DNA of 64,000 nt. Origin: Raillietiella orientalis (Eukaryota). The stretch spans positions 1,240,001-1,304,000 of the forward strand of contig JAYWIR010000045.1 of NCBI GenBank assembly GCA_036172245.1. The letters are read 5' to 3'. This document shows positions 22,801 through 34,700 of this stretch, in pieces. Under the pieces are notes generated by a model. That model made no database searches, had not been told where the DNA came from, and saw only the letters and a program-made list of their open reading frames with translations. Within the stretch, counting starts at the first letter, position 1. Each line of letters opens with the position of its first letter. Both the position numbers and the translations under genes were made by a program.

Positions 22801-25800
22801 TCGGAAGGGCGAAGGCCCCCCTGCAGCACGGAGTTGAGGTCGATAGCTGCCGCTGTCGCCCGCGAACAGCCTCCGCTCCCACGGCGACGGGACGCTAGGT
22901 TCTCTAGACAGGGATCTTGCAGCAAACGGCGCTGCTGTCTCCCAGGTAGCAAGCACCCCACTTAAACTCCGACACCGGTACGCGTGAGATGCAGCTGGCC
23001 AAAGCACCAGAGAACGGAGCCACGTGCGCCATTTTGGATCCTCTTCACCAAGATCCAGTTGCGTTTATCCTAGTGAACCTTAGTGGTCTCTAAAAAATGG
23101 CCTATTCCCAGTAGGGACTGCTTCCTTTTTTTTGCTAGAAGCCTCCCCAGGTAAGTCCTCATCGACCTCCTCCCTCAACCTGAAAATGACGACGCAGGAG
23201 AGAAGCAGCGACTGGCCGGAGTGTTGCCAGCGACCACAAGCATCCTCCCGACCTCCCTCTTTCTGCTGACCTCTACCTCAGGTTTGATCCCTCCCTTAAG
23301 ACCGAGGGCCACTGCCCGGGGGAAGTTCTTGGAATTCCTTCCGCCCCGGGAAAGCCTCCGGTAATAATCTGGAGGCTTCGCTCCCACCTTCGCGCTCTCG
23401 AGGAGAACTGCTCCAGATCTCGCAGCCAGCCACCGAGGGGTCTGCCGGAACTCGCGGGTGTCCAGGAACGCACCACCCATCCGGTTCCCTTTCGAACGGG
23501 GAAGCCGGGGAAGAGAAAGGCTCCAGTGCATGCTCACGGGCGCACACCGGAAGCATCATCCCGAGGACGCACGTAGACATGCATGCAAATTTGCGGGGAG
23601 TGTTCCGGCACCCGCTCTATGGGGAGATGCCTGCGTGCAAGTCGGATGTCTTCCATGACGTTTTCCCAAGCACATGAGTGGGTGGATGCGCGCGCGCGCA
23701 CTGCGTTGGGTAATCACGGATGCGGGTCCATCGAAAAAGATTTTCGAATCGTAAACGTTCTGAAACTTCCCCAAAACAAAAGAGATAAATAAATGGAAAA
23801 GCAAACAAACAGACGAATACATAGACGAATAAATAAATGAAGGCAGGAGAGTCATCCGTCGTGGATAAATGCAGCCATCTCTTCTTGCCTCTCCTTTTGA
23901 ACGGAGGCTGGCGAATGCGTCCGCACATCCCGTGGCATGGCTGTGCAGGAGGTGAACCTCTCTCACCTATCCATTGTTTGTTTTCACGAAGACCACTCGC
24001 CATGGAAAACTGCGAATTGATTGTACTTGGATACGCGTCACTGATGGCAGCAAGAAGAATGGAGTGATTTGTTACGCTTCGAACGTGAATCAGTTATGCA
24101 CGGCGAAGAGGACGCGTAGAGTGAGACATCTCACTAAAAGGAGTAGGTCAACGGCTCAGAGGAGTTCTTAAGAGGCAGTAAAAATCACAAACAGAGAGGT
24201 CTCTCCTGCATCCGTTCCGTGCTTATCCGAGCCGAGCCGCGAGGCGGAGGTCGGCATAGCGACGCGCTGAACGCTCACTCACCGTTTATTCTCCTCCTCG
24301 CGTCCCATTTTTTTTTTTTTTTTTTTTCCCGGCCTTTCGGGTCCGACATTCGTCTGGCATTTGCGCGCGAATGTTAGCGAACGGTTCCTCCCGTGGGATT
24401 TCAGGGCTACTCGGGTGCGGCGGCTGTCTGACTGTGGCTTCCCCGCGCCACCCATTTCCTCTCCCTCTGGATTCGCGTCCAACCCCACTCGGAACGCTCG
24501 TGCGGAGCTCGTGGGGATTCCCTCCCCCTTTCCTCTGGAACCAGATCCGAGTGAATGCGGACCAATCAGATCGAAGTGGGGAGAGCAGGGGCAGATGCTC
24601 AAGGCATCCCAAGAACCCAACGCCGCTATTCCACAGCGGAGCCTCGCTGTTTTCAGCAACAGCCTGCCGCATCATTTTGACGCACATAACCTGTACAGAG
24701 CGCACGGTGTACACGTATGGCAGCCATTGCTTTTTCGAGGCTGCTCGGGTGGGTTATCGGGTAAGTTGACGCGTACACATGCATCGCATGCACGCCGCGA
24801 CACGTGCAGGTAAGTCCGTAGGTGCAGGAAAATTCTCTCTCCCAAGTAACAGATGCATGGATGCCATACATAAACATACGTCTATTTGTACACCCATGTA
24901 AGGGATAAGCGATATGTAAGTCTTACTCGTTACGTACGATAAACTGAAGGGCCCTGGGCCGAGACTAAATCACCACCAAATTCCCCCTCCTCCCTCCCCA
25001 ATTCCCCTCTCCTTCCCCCTGAGGGGTTCTGCCATCCTGTCAGCAGCGACTTCTCCGCTCCTGGAGGCTCCCCCTGTTTCGAGGTCCCATCTCGTTAGAA
25101 GTCTCGAGGGAAGACGTGCTAAGACGAGAGCGCGCGAGCAAGGATTTCTCCCTGCGTCGGGATGCGCACACGCGCGCGCGCCCAGAGGCGGCGACGAATC
25201 GTTGACTCGCGCTCACCACTCTTGTTTTGCAGAGAACCTTCGTCCTCAAGCCACTGTGGGAGGAAGCAAGCCGAAGGTGGCTACGCCCAGTGTTGTTGCC
25301 AAGATCGAGCAGTACAAGAGAGAGAATCCGACCATCTTTGCTTGGGAGATACGAGAGCGCCTCATTTCGGAAGGTAAGAGAGAAACATCCATTCCATCCG
25401 CGAACTTTCCGCCGCTCGCCGTCTGGAACGCCAGTCACTGCTGCATATCCATGTGAAAGGTCCCCTCATTCGATTCTTGTGCGAAGGCAAGAACCGACGA
25501 GGAGGTCGCTAAGTGATCGCTGAGGGCCAAGCACGTCTCCGGAAAGATGAATGCGGGGAATCACCTGCCGTTAGCGGATTTTGCTTTCCGAGCTCGTGTG
25601 CCTCCACTGCGCACCAATCCCGGCAGGGCAGCTCACCTCCCCGTTTCCCGAGGGACGGATGCGATACCGTCCCTCGACTTTCCTCTGCATCCGCAGAAAC
25701 CCACACAGTTATCCTTGCACAGTAATCCACTGCCGTCCTTGAAGCTCGATGGGTGAAGCAACAGATTCCGGGCGGCTGCTAGGGGAAACCGCGTCCATCT

Positions 25801-28800
25801 CTGGCAAGCGGAAACGCGTAGGTCGTATGTGGTGCACAGAATCCAACACTCGGTGACCTAGGATGGGGGCAAAGCGAGAAGCATATGAAAGTAGATGAAA
25901 CAGATCTGGTTGAGTGTTTATGCCGTTTCTCGTAACTCCAAGCAGAATCTAATCTTCTGCAAATAGGGTGGCGCAGTAATGACGCCGATGATAGATGATC
26001 GCAACACAGCGAGAATGATGGATGCTATTCTTATTGGTGGGAAAATTAATGGAGGAATGAGTTGATGGTTTGGTGAAAATGATGGTCAAATTACCAAGAG
26101 TCAGTGATCTTTCTTAAAGGCAAGTATTTTAGCGCTATCACTGAAGTCACCTAATATCGATGAGGACCGACCGATGGCAGTCGCATTGGCTCCTGAGAAT
26201 GCCTGCTGCTGTAACGGATCCGTGTAGGTGTCACCGTGGATACCATCCGAAACATAAATTGATTTCCCTTGAACCCGGTGATTAGAACTGGCTTCTCCCT
26301 AGAGAACCTGGTGAAAGGGCACGAGGCGAAGAGGATGAAGCTTACCCAAGGTCTCTCTGATCAACCGCTTTGAAGTGTGTGTTATCCAGCGTACTTGCCA
26401 GTTGAGTACCAGTCACTTACCCAGTTCACACGATGCGAGTGAGATCACTGCAGCAAATCAACGGGTGGCCCTGGGCCGAACCGTTCCTCTGTCGGAAAAC
26501 GACTCTTCCTGCTTTCTGTCAGCCTCGCCGGGGAGGAGTTGATCTCTACCTCCGGGGTAACTCGCCGATGCAGATCCCCTGCTCCTGTGAGGCTGGGAAC
26601 CCGAAACGCGCAAAATACGGGGCTGCTTTCCAGCGCGGACTCCAATCGCGCGGGGTTAACTGGGGGGGGGGGGCTCTCGGGGCAGCCCTTTGAGATCTCT
26701 TTAGGATGAGATTCTCCAGCCGCGCTTTCAACAATGCATGCTGTTGAGGAGCGTGGAGCAAAAACATGAGATACCACAACAAAATGCGTGAGAAATAACA
26801 ACACGAGTAAGGCTGGTTTCCCGGTGCCAGCGGTCTCTTAAGGTCGTGGTCCGTAGCTCGGAAGGCGTGCATCACGAAAACCCCCCAACTCGATAGCCAT
26901 AAGCATTGATTGTATTGCAGGAATCTGCTCAGGCAGCGCAGCTCCCAGCGTCAGCAGCATAAACAGAATCCTGCGCAACAGGGCGGCGGAGAGGGCTGCC
27001 ACTGAATTCGCCAAAGTGGCAGGATACACGTTCTACCACCCGTTCGCGCTGTCTTGGTCGACCCCACCTCCGTTCTGGAGCAACCTGGCCGTCCCGTTCT
27101 ATGGAGGCAACGCCGTGCTGCCGATGCACAACCGAGACAGCAAGAATGTGGTCTCGATGCAAGCGGAACTTCGGCAGGACAGGATGCACCCTGAAGGTTG
27201 CTCTCCGGGCTTCATCTTGCCGGGCGCACTGATCCATGGCTCATTCTTTCAGGGTTAGCAGAGCAGGCAGATAGGCACCAAGACACATCCAAAAGAAATC
27301 TAAATACGGATGTCGAGAAGGAGAAGAGAACGACAGAGAAAAATTCACCGGTAGGTCACGGTGCTTACTGCACAGTAAGTATGGATTGACCGACAGGACC
27401 TCCATGCTTCCAGAACGCTAAAAAAAAAAAAAAAAAAAAAGAAAGAAAGAAAGAAAAAGAGAACCAGTAAACTTGAGCGCGTGGGGGAACCGTCTTAAAG
27501 AACCGCACGTGTGACCTCAGGCAGTACCACAAGTGACCGGTTCCAACGCAGTTCTCGTACTTAACAATCACAAGGAAGTCGTTTTGCACATTCCATCTGA
27601 CTTCCGTTGCGCAGCTGAACTTCCGTTTAAGATTTCGCGCCTGCGTGGAGCCGAGTGATTTTGTTTCCGTTTCCCACGAGCGTCTTCCCAGAGTGCCATT
27701 GTCGAGTTCGGGGACTCCAGTATTTTCCGGGGTTTGCTGAGTGACCAACCGGTCTTCTTCAATAGAGCTGTGGAAGATGGGACGGACCCGTTCGCTCCTC
27801 CGCTAACAATCACCACCAAGAAGGATTCCCTTTTCTAGAAAAAATGCGCGTCGCCTAAGGAAAGCATCTTGAGTGACGCACCGAATGACCGAACGGATTC
27901 CAGTTCTGGAGAGGCGAAATCTCCTTCCTGATCCCTCTCTGGTTCTTTCCACACCTGGTGAGGTGGCGCGCGTTCACCAGGACTCTCCGGTTCGCCAAAA
28001 GGCGCCGGATGAATCTGATCCGTTCCCAGCGTTTCGGCAAGGCTGCGAGGGTTGCCAGGTGGTGGGAGACCTCAGGCCCGCGGAATCCGTTTTTCCCTTC
28101 CTGTGCGATGAGGGAATTGGGCCGGAGGAGAGGAGGGGTGGGGCGACTGCAAAGCCTTCCCTGTTTCGACGGCGAGCATGCTCCCTGCGTGGGAACCATT
28201 CGGAGCGTTTCAGGATGAGAGGTTCCGTTTGCTTGATGATTTCTGCGGAGGAGTAATGATGCAACCTGTACGGAGGTGGGAGTGGGGGCGTGGGAGAAGC
28301 GAGGTTTCCCTTGAGAGGGGTCACGCAGAACGGAGGAGGGAGGAAAGGGGGATGGGAAGAAACACCAGAACTCCCAGTTCGTTCGGTATTCGCCAGTTTC
28401 CAGGAGAGGGCGCGCGCACCTAGGTCGATTGCTCGACTCGCCAGGCCGCGGGAGAGCCCTGCCGTGGCAACCAAACGCTCCTCTCTTTGAGAGGACGGGC
28501 GAAATGTGGGGAAGAACGAAAAAGGAAATTTCGACGACCGAGAGGTCGCGGAAGGAAAACAAACCGATTGACGGTTGCCATCCTGGATGCACCAAACGGA
28601 GAGCCGTGCGCGACCGTCTTTCAGACCTGCAAAAGCCAGCAGCCCCTGCTGCCCTGCTGGAGGGATTCCTTTCCGAATCTCGGGTTCCCGCGTTCCGAGG
28701 AAAAGGGCTGCCAGGAAATCCGTCGATCGATCGGGCAAGCTGTGGAAAGAGATCGGGAGGAACTCGTCTCTAGCCGATAGGTCTTTCGGGGACTGGAAAA

Positions 28801-31083
28801 GAAAGGAGAAAAAAAAAAAAAGAGGCCCGGGATGAGAGAGATCTCCAGAGAAAACGACTCGCAATAGACAACTGGTGGATAAGTGGGCAGAGCTCTCCCC
28901 GCAGAAGGATTTCGCACGAGGTTCTTCATGCAAGAGTGCCGTTGATTTTTACACAATGAGAGATATTTGAATGCTCAACATTTCACGGCCGAGAGGAATT
29001 GAAAGAACATCTGAACCGACGCTTTGTGATTAGAGTTACGTCATCCATGCAAAAGGCTCACGTGCGTAGCGTCACCTCTACATTGTTTCTACGACGGCGA
29101 TGCTCGTATCGTTTCTATAGGGATTCTGGGAGAGGGAGAGAGAGAGAGCGAGAAAGAAGAGGAAGGAAAAAAAAAAAAAAAAAAGGACAAAAAAAAAAAA
29201 AAAAAGGTGATTATTTGCAGAGTTCAAGGATTTTCCTGTGAACAAATCGCTCGCGCAATGAGAACACTCAGCAGCAGACTTGGGGGAAGAATATCTACCT
29301 CCCCAAATCGGAGTTGCAGCGACAGCGTGCGTTTACGGAACAGCATCACCGGAGATGTTTGCGCACCGGCAGTCAGCAGGCCTCTTCGGGAGCGAGCCGC
29401 CGGCACGTTCTCTCCCGTCAACTCCTCCCGGCGAGCATGGCGCTTCCGAAAAATTTTCCCCTCCAAAAACTGCGGAAACTCCGCCGCCTGCTCCTGCGTG
29501 GGGAAGGGAGGGGTGGGGGAGGTACCGTGCTGCGTACTACCGAATGCGAGAGCGCGCGTGCGCGAGCGTGCGCATTGCGCGGTTTCGAATAAGGGATCGG
29601 GGCCGGATAGCACGCGACACGCATGGAACGGTTGCGAGGATGAGGAGAGACCCCATCTCTTTTCCATTCAGGAGAGACCTTCTCGACTACCCATGCCGAT
29701 TCCGATTTCGACCTCTCTGCGGATGCTCTCCTTTCTCGCGTGCAGTCAACGGCGACTAACCTCTTGCACGCCTCCTCGTCTGAGCCGAAGGAAAACAAAA
29801 AGAGATCTGATCGATTGGCAACTTCCGACTTGAAGCTGCTGCTGCTGCACACGCAACGCGAAGCTGGCTCGGCTGAGCTCACTGGAGCAGAAGACGTGGG
29901 GGGGAGGGGGAGGGTGTTGTTGTCTGAGAGCGTCTTCTTAGAGCCTAGGCAACAGGCAGTGCCGTGCGACTGGACCCCACGGATCCTTCACGCGCGTGCG
30001 CAGCGCCTGCACCTCGCAGTTGCGCGGGTTTCGAACGGCGCAGCTGAAGAGCAACAGGGGAAGCTCAAAGTCAAGATACGGGGGGCAGTCGGTTCTCAGA
30101 ACCGGGGTGGGAAGGACTTGCACTTCTTTCCCCGTCCTTCGGAAGAGTGGCAAACGACCTGCGAAAGAGTGGCCCTGTACCTCTCAGGATTTCAGAGACC
30201 ACGCTCTCCCCTTCCCCACCCTTCCTTCCCCCAGAGTCACAGGACCCTTTTCGGAGGATAGCCAGCTCCAACCCCGCAGTTTCTTTTTGCATCCAAATGA
30301 TTCAGCGAGTCATGGTACGAACTTTGCTGTTATCTTTTTCTTGCTTTTCTCTGCTGGACATTCCCGTTTCTGGACGCGCGGTCCTCAAAATTGTTGCGAC
30401 CCACTGGCGCGCCGATGCCAGAGCGCGAGAAACCGCCTATCCTGGTGTCCCCGCCCTCCTTGAAACGAACGAAGCCTTGATCGACGAGGAGGGTCGCCCC
30501 GTATTACGACGTCTTCCTCTTTGCAAAGAGGGCGGCGACAAAACACTCTCTTCCTTCCGTTTCAACATCGCCAGCCGCTCTCCGCGAAATTGCAAGCTGG
30601 GGGATGCTGAAGACGTAACAAAGGGATAAGGAAGGGAGGTGAAAAGCTGCTACAGATGACGTGTTCTGTTTCCCACGAGGGTCCTGGAGTGGAAACCGGG
30701 CACAATTGGGAGGATACCAACTGATGCAGCTCGTCAATAATTAGATAGTTTGGAACTCTTTTCTTTTTCTTTCCACCATCTCTGGGTTCTCATGCCCTCT
30801 TTCGTCTGGACGACTCCGTGTGAAAACTTTGAAAAATGAATGTGGGTCCCCTCCTCCTCCGGGAATTTTCTTGCAAAAACTTTCGATTGTTCTGTTTTTT
30901 CAGGTCGATCTTGTGGGAACCTCGTCGAAAGGGAGTCAGGATCTGCATAGCCCAACCGTGTGGAGACCGTACGTAATCAGTAATGACGTGAAAAGTGCCG
31001 ACAGGAAGAACCACAGCTTACGCTATCATCCTTGGCTGGTCGGAGCGAACAAGGATGGGGTCCCTTTCAAGAAGAAGATGTAA
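16823..31083 (+). CDS. eyg: Eyegone-class Pax transcription factor, copy A (divergent, apparently without homeodomain); ~301-309 aa
   Basis: Exons 16823-16886, 17196-17342, 25233-25373, 26921-27196, 27253-27350 (or 27374) and 30904-31083 join in frame through GT-AG introns (906 nt including stop for the shorter form). Protein: MSQVPAP...[114 protein letters not shown]...VWRPY...RYHPW...KKKM*. The [13 protein letters not shown] tail is characteristic of eyg/toe. Exons 1, 5 and 6 are inferred from phase only. Confidence 0.8.
17196..17342 (+). CDS. eyg: eyg-A exon 2 (degenerate PAI remnant)
   Basis: ctctccag acceptor and G|gtgagt donor. VLDLYRCG...YDL...[12 protein letters not shown] aligns with [29 protein letters not shown] of copy B. 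Confidence 0.8.
25233..25373 (+). CDS. eyg: eyg-A exon 3 (paired-domain linker and RED helices)
   Basis: ttttgcag acceptor and G|gtaaga donor; encodes [46 protein letters not shown]. Confidence 0.95.
26921..27196 (+). CDS. eyg: eyg-A exon 4 (end of RED subdomain and eyg-type tail)
   Basis: tattgcag acceptor; encodes [46 protein letters not shown]. The 3' donor (G|gttgct) is weak. Confidence 0.9.
30904..31083 (+). CDS. Predicted terminal exon of eyg-A (VWRPY and RYHPW motifs)
   Basis: Strong ttctgtttttttcag-type acceptor ending at 30903. Phase 0 matches the donors at 27351 and 27375. Encodes [59 protein letters not shown]. Confidence 0.6.
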   Translation, partial: VDLVGTSSKGSQDLHSPTVWRPYVISNDVKSADRKNHSLRYHPWLVGANKDGVPFKKKM

Positions 31084-31733
31084 CCTCTTGCCACGCTTTT
31101 TCTCCTTGGACAGTCTCTAGTCTCTGCCGACGGCTACCGATTTCCTTTCCGGCAGCGACGAGCTCGCAAGCCCCTGACTTCACAAAGCGGTCGCTCTTGT
31201 TCGACCACTTACTCGAAAAACTGGAAGCACTCCCTTTCTCTCTACTTACGCATGGGTAGTCCGCCTGTTCCCCCTATTGCGGCAGCAGACTTTCCAGCCA
31301 GCTCACGGTCCAATAAAAAGTACTGGATCCGAAAAAACCATCCCGTTTGTTCGTTGCAGTCACTGACGAAACGCGCGTCGCCACCATTTTATCTCTCCCG
31401 GCGATCATCTGCTGCGGAGCGAGTGTCTCTTGGAAGACTCCGTTTCGTATCCGCTGCGCACGTGCACGGCCGTGCACGCCACCTCTCTCCCCAATGGGAG
31501 TGTGGGCGAGTGCTGGGGGAGCGTGAGTTCCCCTTCACGTGTCGAAACGACCTGTGTGTGACAAGGAGAGGGGGGGGGGGGGAACGAAGGGGTCAAGTCG
31601 AATGGTTCGAAGAGAAAATAAAACAGAAGTGATGCTGGGGATGGATTCATCTGGCGCCCCCCTCCTTCCCTCTCTCTCTGACTGCCACTTTCCCTTCTCC
31701 AAGGAGGACCTTTCGTTGCTTCGGACAAGAAGA

Positions 31734-31779
31734 GGACAGCAGGGAAAAACTTTGGGGGACAGCAGGGAAAAACTTTGGG
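31734..31779. repeat. Perfect 23-bp tandem duplication (GGACAGCAGGGAAAAACTTTGGG x2)
   Basis: Seen directly. Confidence 0.9.
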
Positions 31780-34700
31780 GGGAAGGAGGGAAGGAGCGAA
31801 GGGATACATGCATTCTGGTGTGCTTTATTGTTTTCCTTGGGAAGTGGGCAAAGTCGGAAGCCGTTTCTCTTTTCCTTTTATTCCTTCGCCCCGCTCGCTG
31901 TTCTGAGAGGGAGGCTGCTAAGGAAACGCGCCACATTTTCCCACATTTCCTTTCCCTCCATCGGAGCGCAAAGCTTCCCCGTTCGGGGAGTGGCTGCTGG
32001 CGCCACAGAAGAACCTTCCAGACGCATCCTGGACGTGCCTTGCCGTTTTCCCTCTCGACCGGGGCGGGCGGGACGGGTGGTGGTAGCTACTCTTCGACTT
32101 GGTCTGAGGGTGGGGGGGCTGGATCTTCTGCCCGCGCCGGTCCTCTCGGCACGCGGAAGATCTGCAAGAACACACACGAGACAAAAAGGGGGGAAAAAAA
32201 GGAACAAAAGAGGCGCTTCCCGGTGTCTCCAGTCCCTTTGTGCGCCGGACCACCAAAGCGCTCTGACCGCCCGGGGCAGGGCGGATACGATAGCTTTTCT
32301 CGGAATGTGGTCCTTGAGAGATCGATCTTCCACTCCCACCTTCCTCCCGTATACCGCTCGAGTCTGCTCCTATGGAGCGCAGCGGAGAGCACCGTCTTCT
32401 GTTCCGTGTTGTGCCACTCTTCACCGACAGCGTGCGCGGAAGGAACTTGCAGCTTCTTCCGCCGCCTCCTGGGCCCTTCCGTTCGCGAGCCGCCGAGCAG
32501 CTCGTTCGCGCGTCCTTTTCAAGCCAGCCGGGAGTCTCCCGTTCGGGGAGGGCTGGACGCGTGCGCCTGCCAGCCAGAGGGATTGTCTCGCGGAGGCCGT
32601 CCATCTCCGACGCGCGCTCGCGGCGGAGTTCCCTCGGGTTCGGTCTCCAGGGCGACGCCCGGCCGGAGGGAAAGGGGAGGGAGGGATGAAAGGCGGAGGA
32701 GGGCCACATCCTTTCGAGCCAACCAGCTCTTTCCCTCCGCCTCTCGCGCGCTCACGGACTCGCTCCCCTATCCCGGGAACGAGACCGCTCCTGAACGCCG
32801 AGCGGCGCGCGCTCACCCTCTCTGGAAAAAGAGATGCCCGCGGTGGGCGACGCTAGCCGTTTCTCTCTCATGCTTGATCACAAGATCGGAAAAAGCGTGG
32901 GCGTTTCATGGGAAGCTGCGCCGGTGGCGACGACGGGGAAACGGTAGGGACAAAAGGCCGGCGAAACGCGTGGCTGCAGCTCGGGTATTCCTCGCTCGCG
33001 GGAGCAAAGGGGGGGGGGGGAGATGAGACAAAGATGAAACGCCCTCCGCCAACGCGCCCGCTTCGCCCATTCGATCAGAGACCCCCACCGGCGCTCGCGC
33101 CCTCAGAGGGCGGGAGCGGAAGGAGGAGGGATGGAGGATTCTCTCGGTTCGCTCCCGCGCCACGCAAACGCGGCCGGCCGGCCAGGTCCTGTTCCGGGAA
33201 GGTATCTCCCCCGCCGGCGGCTTCCCGAGGAACATGGGAGGGGGAAGGGAACCGAAGAGACGCCCCGCCTCCCCGCCGCTCCTGCTGGCGATTCCGGAAC
33301 GCGCGCAGCCAGTCACCCACTTACGCCAGCCGACAGCTAAGCGCCGAAGTCGTCAGCACCCTCGAAAATCCGAGTGGCTCTGAGTGACCCGGCCCTCGAC
33401 CGCTTCAAGCACGGGGCCACGTGCCCTCGAAAGAGGCGAGCGTGCCCCTCCTTCCCCTCCTCTCCCTCCGTTCGGGGAATCGGGTTGGTTCCACGTGAGA
33501 ATCGCGCGCGCACGCGCACGCAATGTCAACGAACCTTATGTGCGATCGGAGATGCACGCAAAATGGCGGTGCATTCACGCACGCACGCACGCGCGATCGC
33601 ACGCGCGATCGCTCGCGCGAATGGTGTTTCTAAAAGAGCACACACAGCGCGTGTACATTACACGCGGTTGCATCATCCGCTCCCGGTTCGCGCCACCCCC
33701 TAAGCTGCCAAAGGCGCGTACGCATGCACGTGCAAGAAGAGACCGTCATCACCACCGGCGGCGATTGCCACAGTGACCAGTTTATTGCCTTTCGAGAGAG
33801 GGGGGGGGATACCGCGTGCATCATACGAGCGTTCCCACGATGCACGCCACGATTGCGGCGGCGCGCGCCGTCGTGTGACGATGCACACAACACGCCTTCG
33901 GTACGCAGCGCCACGTCGCGCGCGCGGAGCGGCGCCGCCACGCCCGAGCCGAGAGGCTTCATCTACTCTCCCTCCTCCCCTTCCTCCCCCTTCGCACACA
34001 CTCAGCCCCACGTCCCACGTGATGAGTGACGCTGGTGGCACGGGAGATTAGCCGCGCGATTAACATTCTTCAGCAGAAAGTCCCGTCCTCGGTTCCTTTC
34101 GGGCGCGGCAGAGGGTCCGCGGGCGGTTCGTGCCCTCGGGGTCCCGGCGACCTGCTCGCGTGCCGGACGGTCGCGCCGAGGAGGAAGCAGTCCTCGGGGA
34201 AGGAAATCGGGAGGGTTCCGGCGGGGTCGTCCGCTTTTTCCTCTTCCAGCAGGCAGGGAAAATCGCGGAGGGAGGGTTGGGCCGGCGGGAAGACCGCGCT
34301 CCCCCGAGGAAACGAACGACTTCTGGGAAGAGGAAATGGTAAGGGATGAAGGCCCGTTCACCTCTCTGGATCCCCCCCTCCCCCTGCCTGGAGTTTCCCG
34401 TGGAAGTGCGTAACAGTCTCCGCTGCCGCCGCCGCCACACACATCCAGGCTGCGGGCGTGATCTTTTCCTGGCCTCTGCATGCTCGAGGCTGCTGGAGTG
34501 CGTGCGTCGTGCGTGCTCCCATGCATGCGTCCCCCCTATTCGATCTTCCTCCTCCCCATCCTCCTTCTCCTTTCTTCCTGCGGGAACGAGCGATGGCGTG
34601 TCCCGGCAGCCCTCCGCGCTCCGAGAGGAGCCCACCGCCGCCTGAGGGCGGAGTCAGGACGGCGGTCATCCCGGACGCCGCCCGTTAAAAAAGGCGTGTG

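Larger units (their letters stand above)
26787..33839. promoter_or_regulatory. Cluster of six strict Su(H)/CSL consensus sites (CGTGRGAA)
   Basis: CGTGAGAA at 26787 and 33494, CGTGGGAA at 28188, TTCCCACG at 27671, 30670 and 33832. Confidence 0.5.

Noticed and set aside
25233..27020. Assignment of the Pax exons to Poxn, Pax2/5/8 or Pax6
   Set aside because: [19 protein letters not shown] with [13 protein letters not shown] and a degenerate PAI fits eyegone/toe. No intact PAI subdomain or octapeptide is visible.
29207..29460. Possible decayed homeobox ([19 protein letters not shown] fragments)
   Set aside because: The fragments are not collinear with homeodomain spacing and lack WFxN, so they are probably chance matches.
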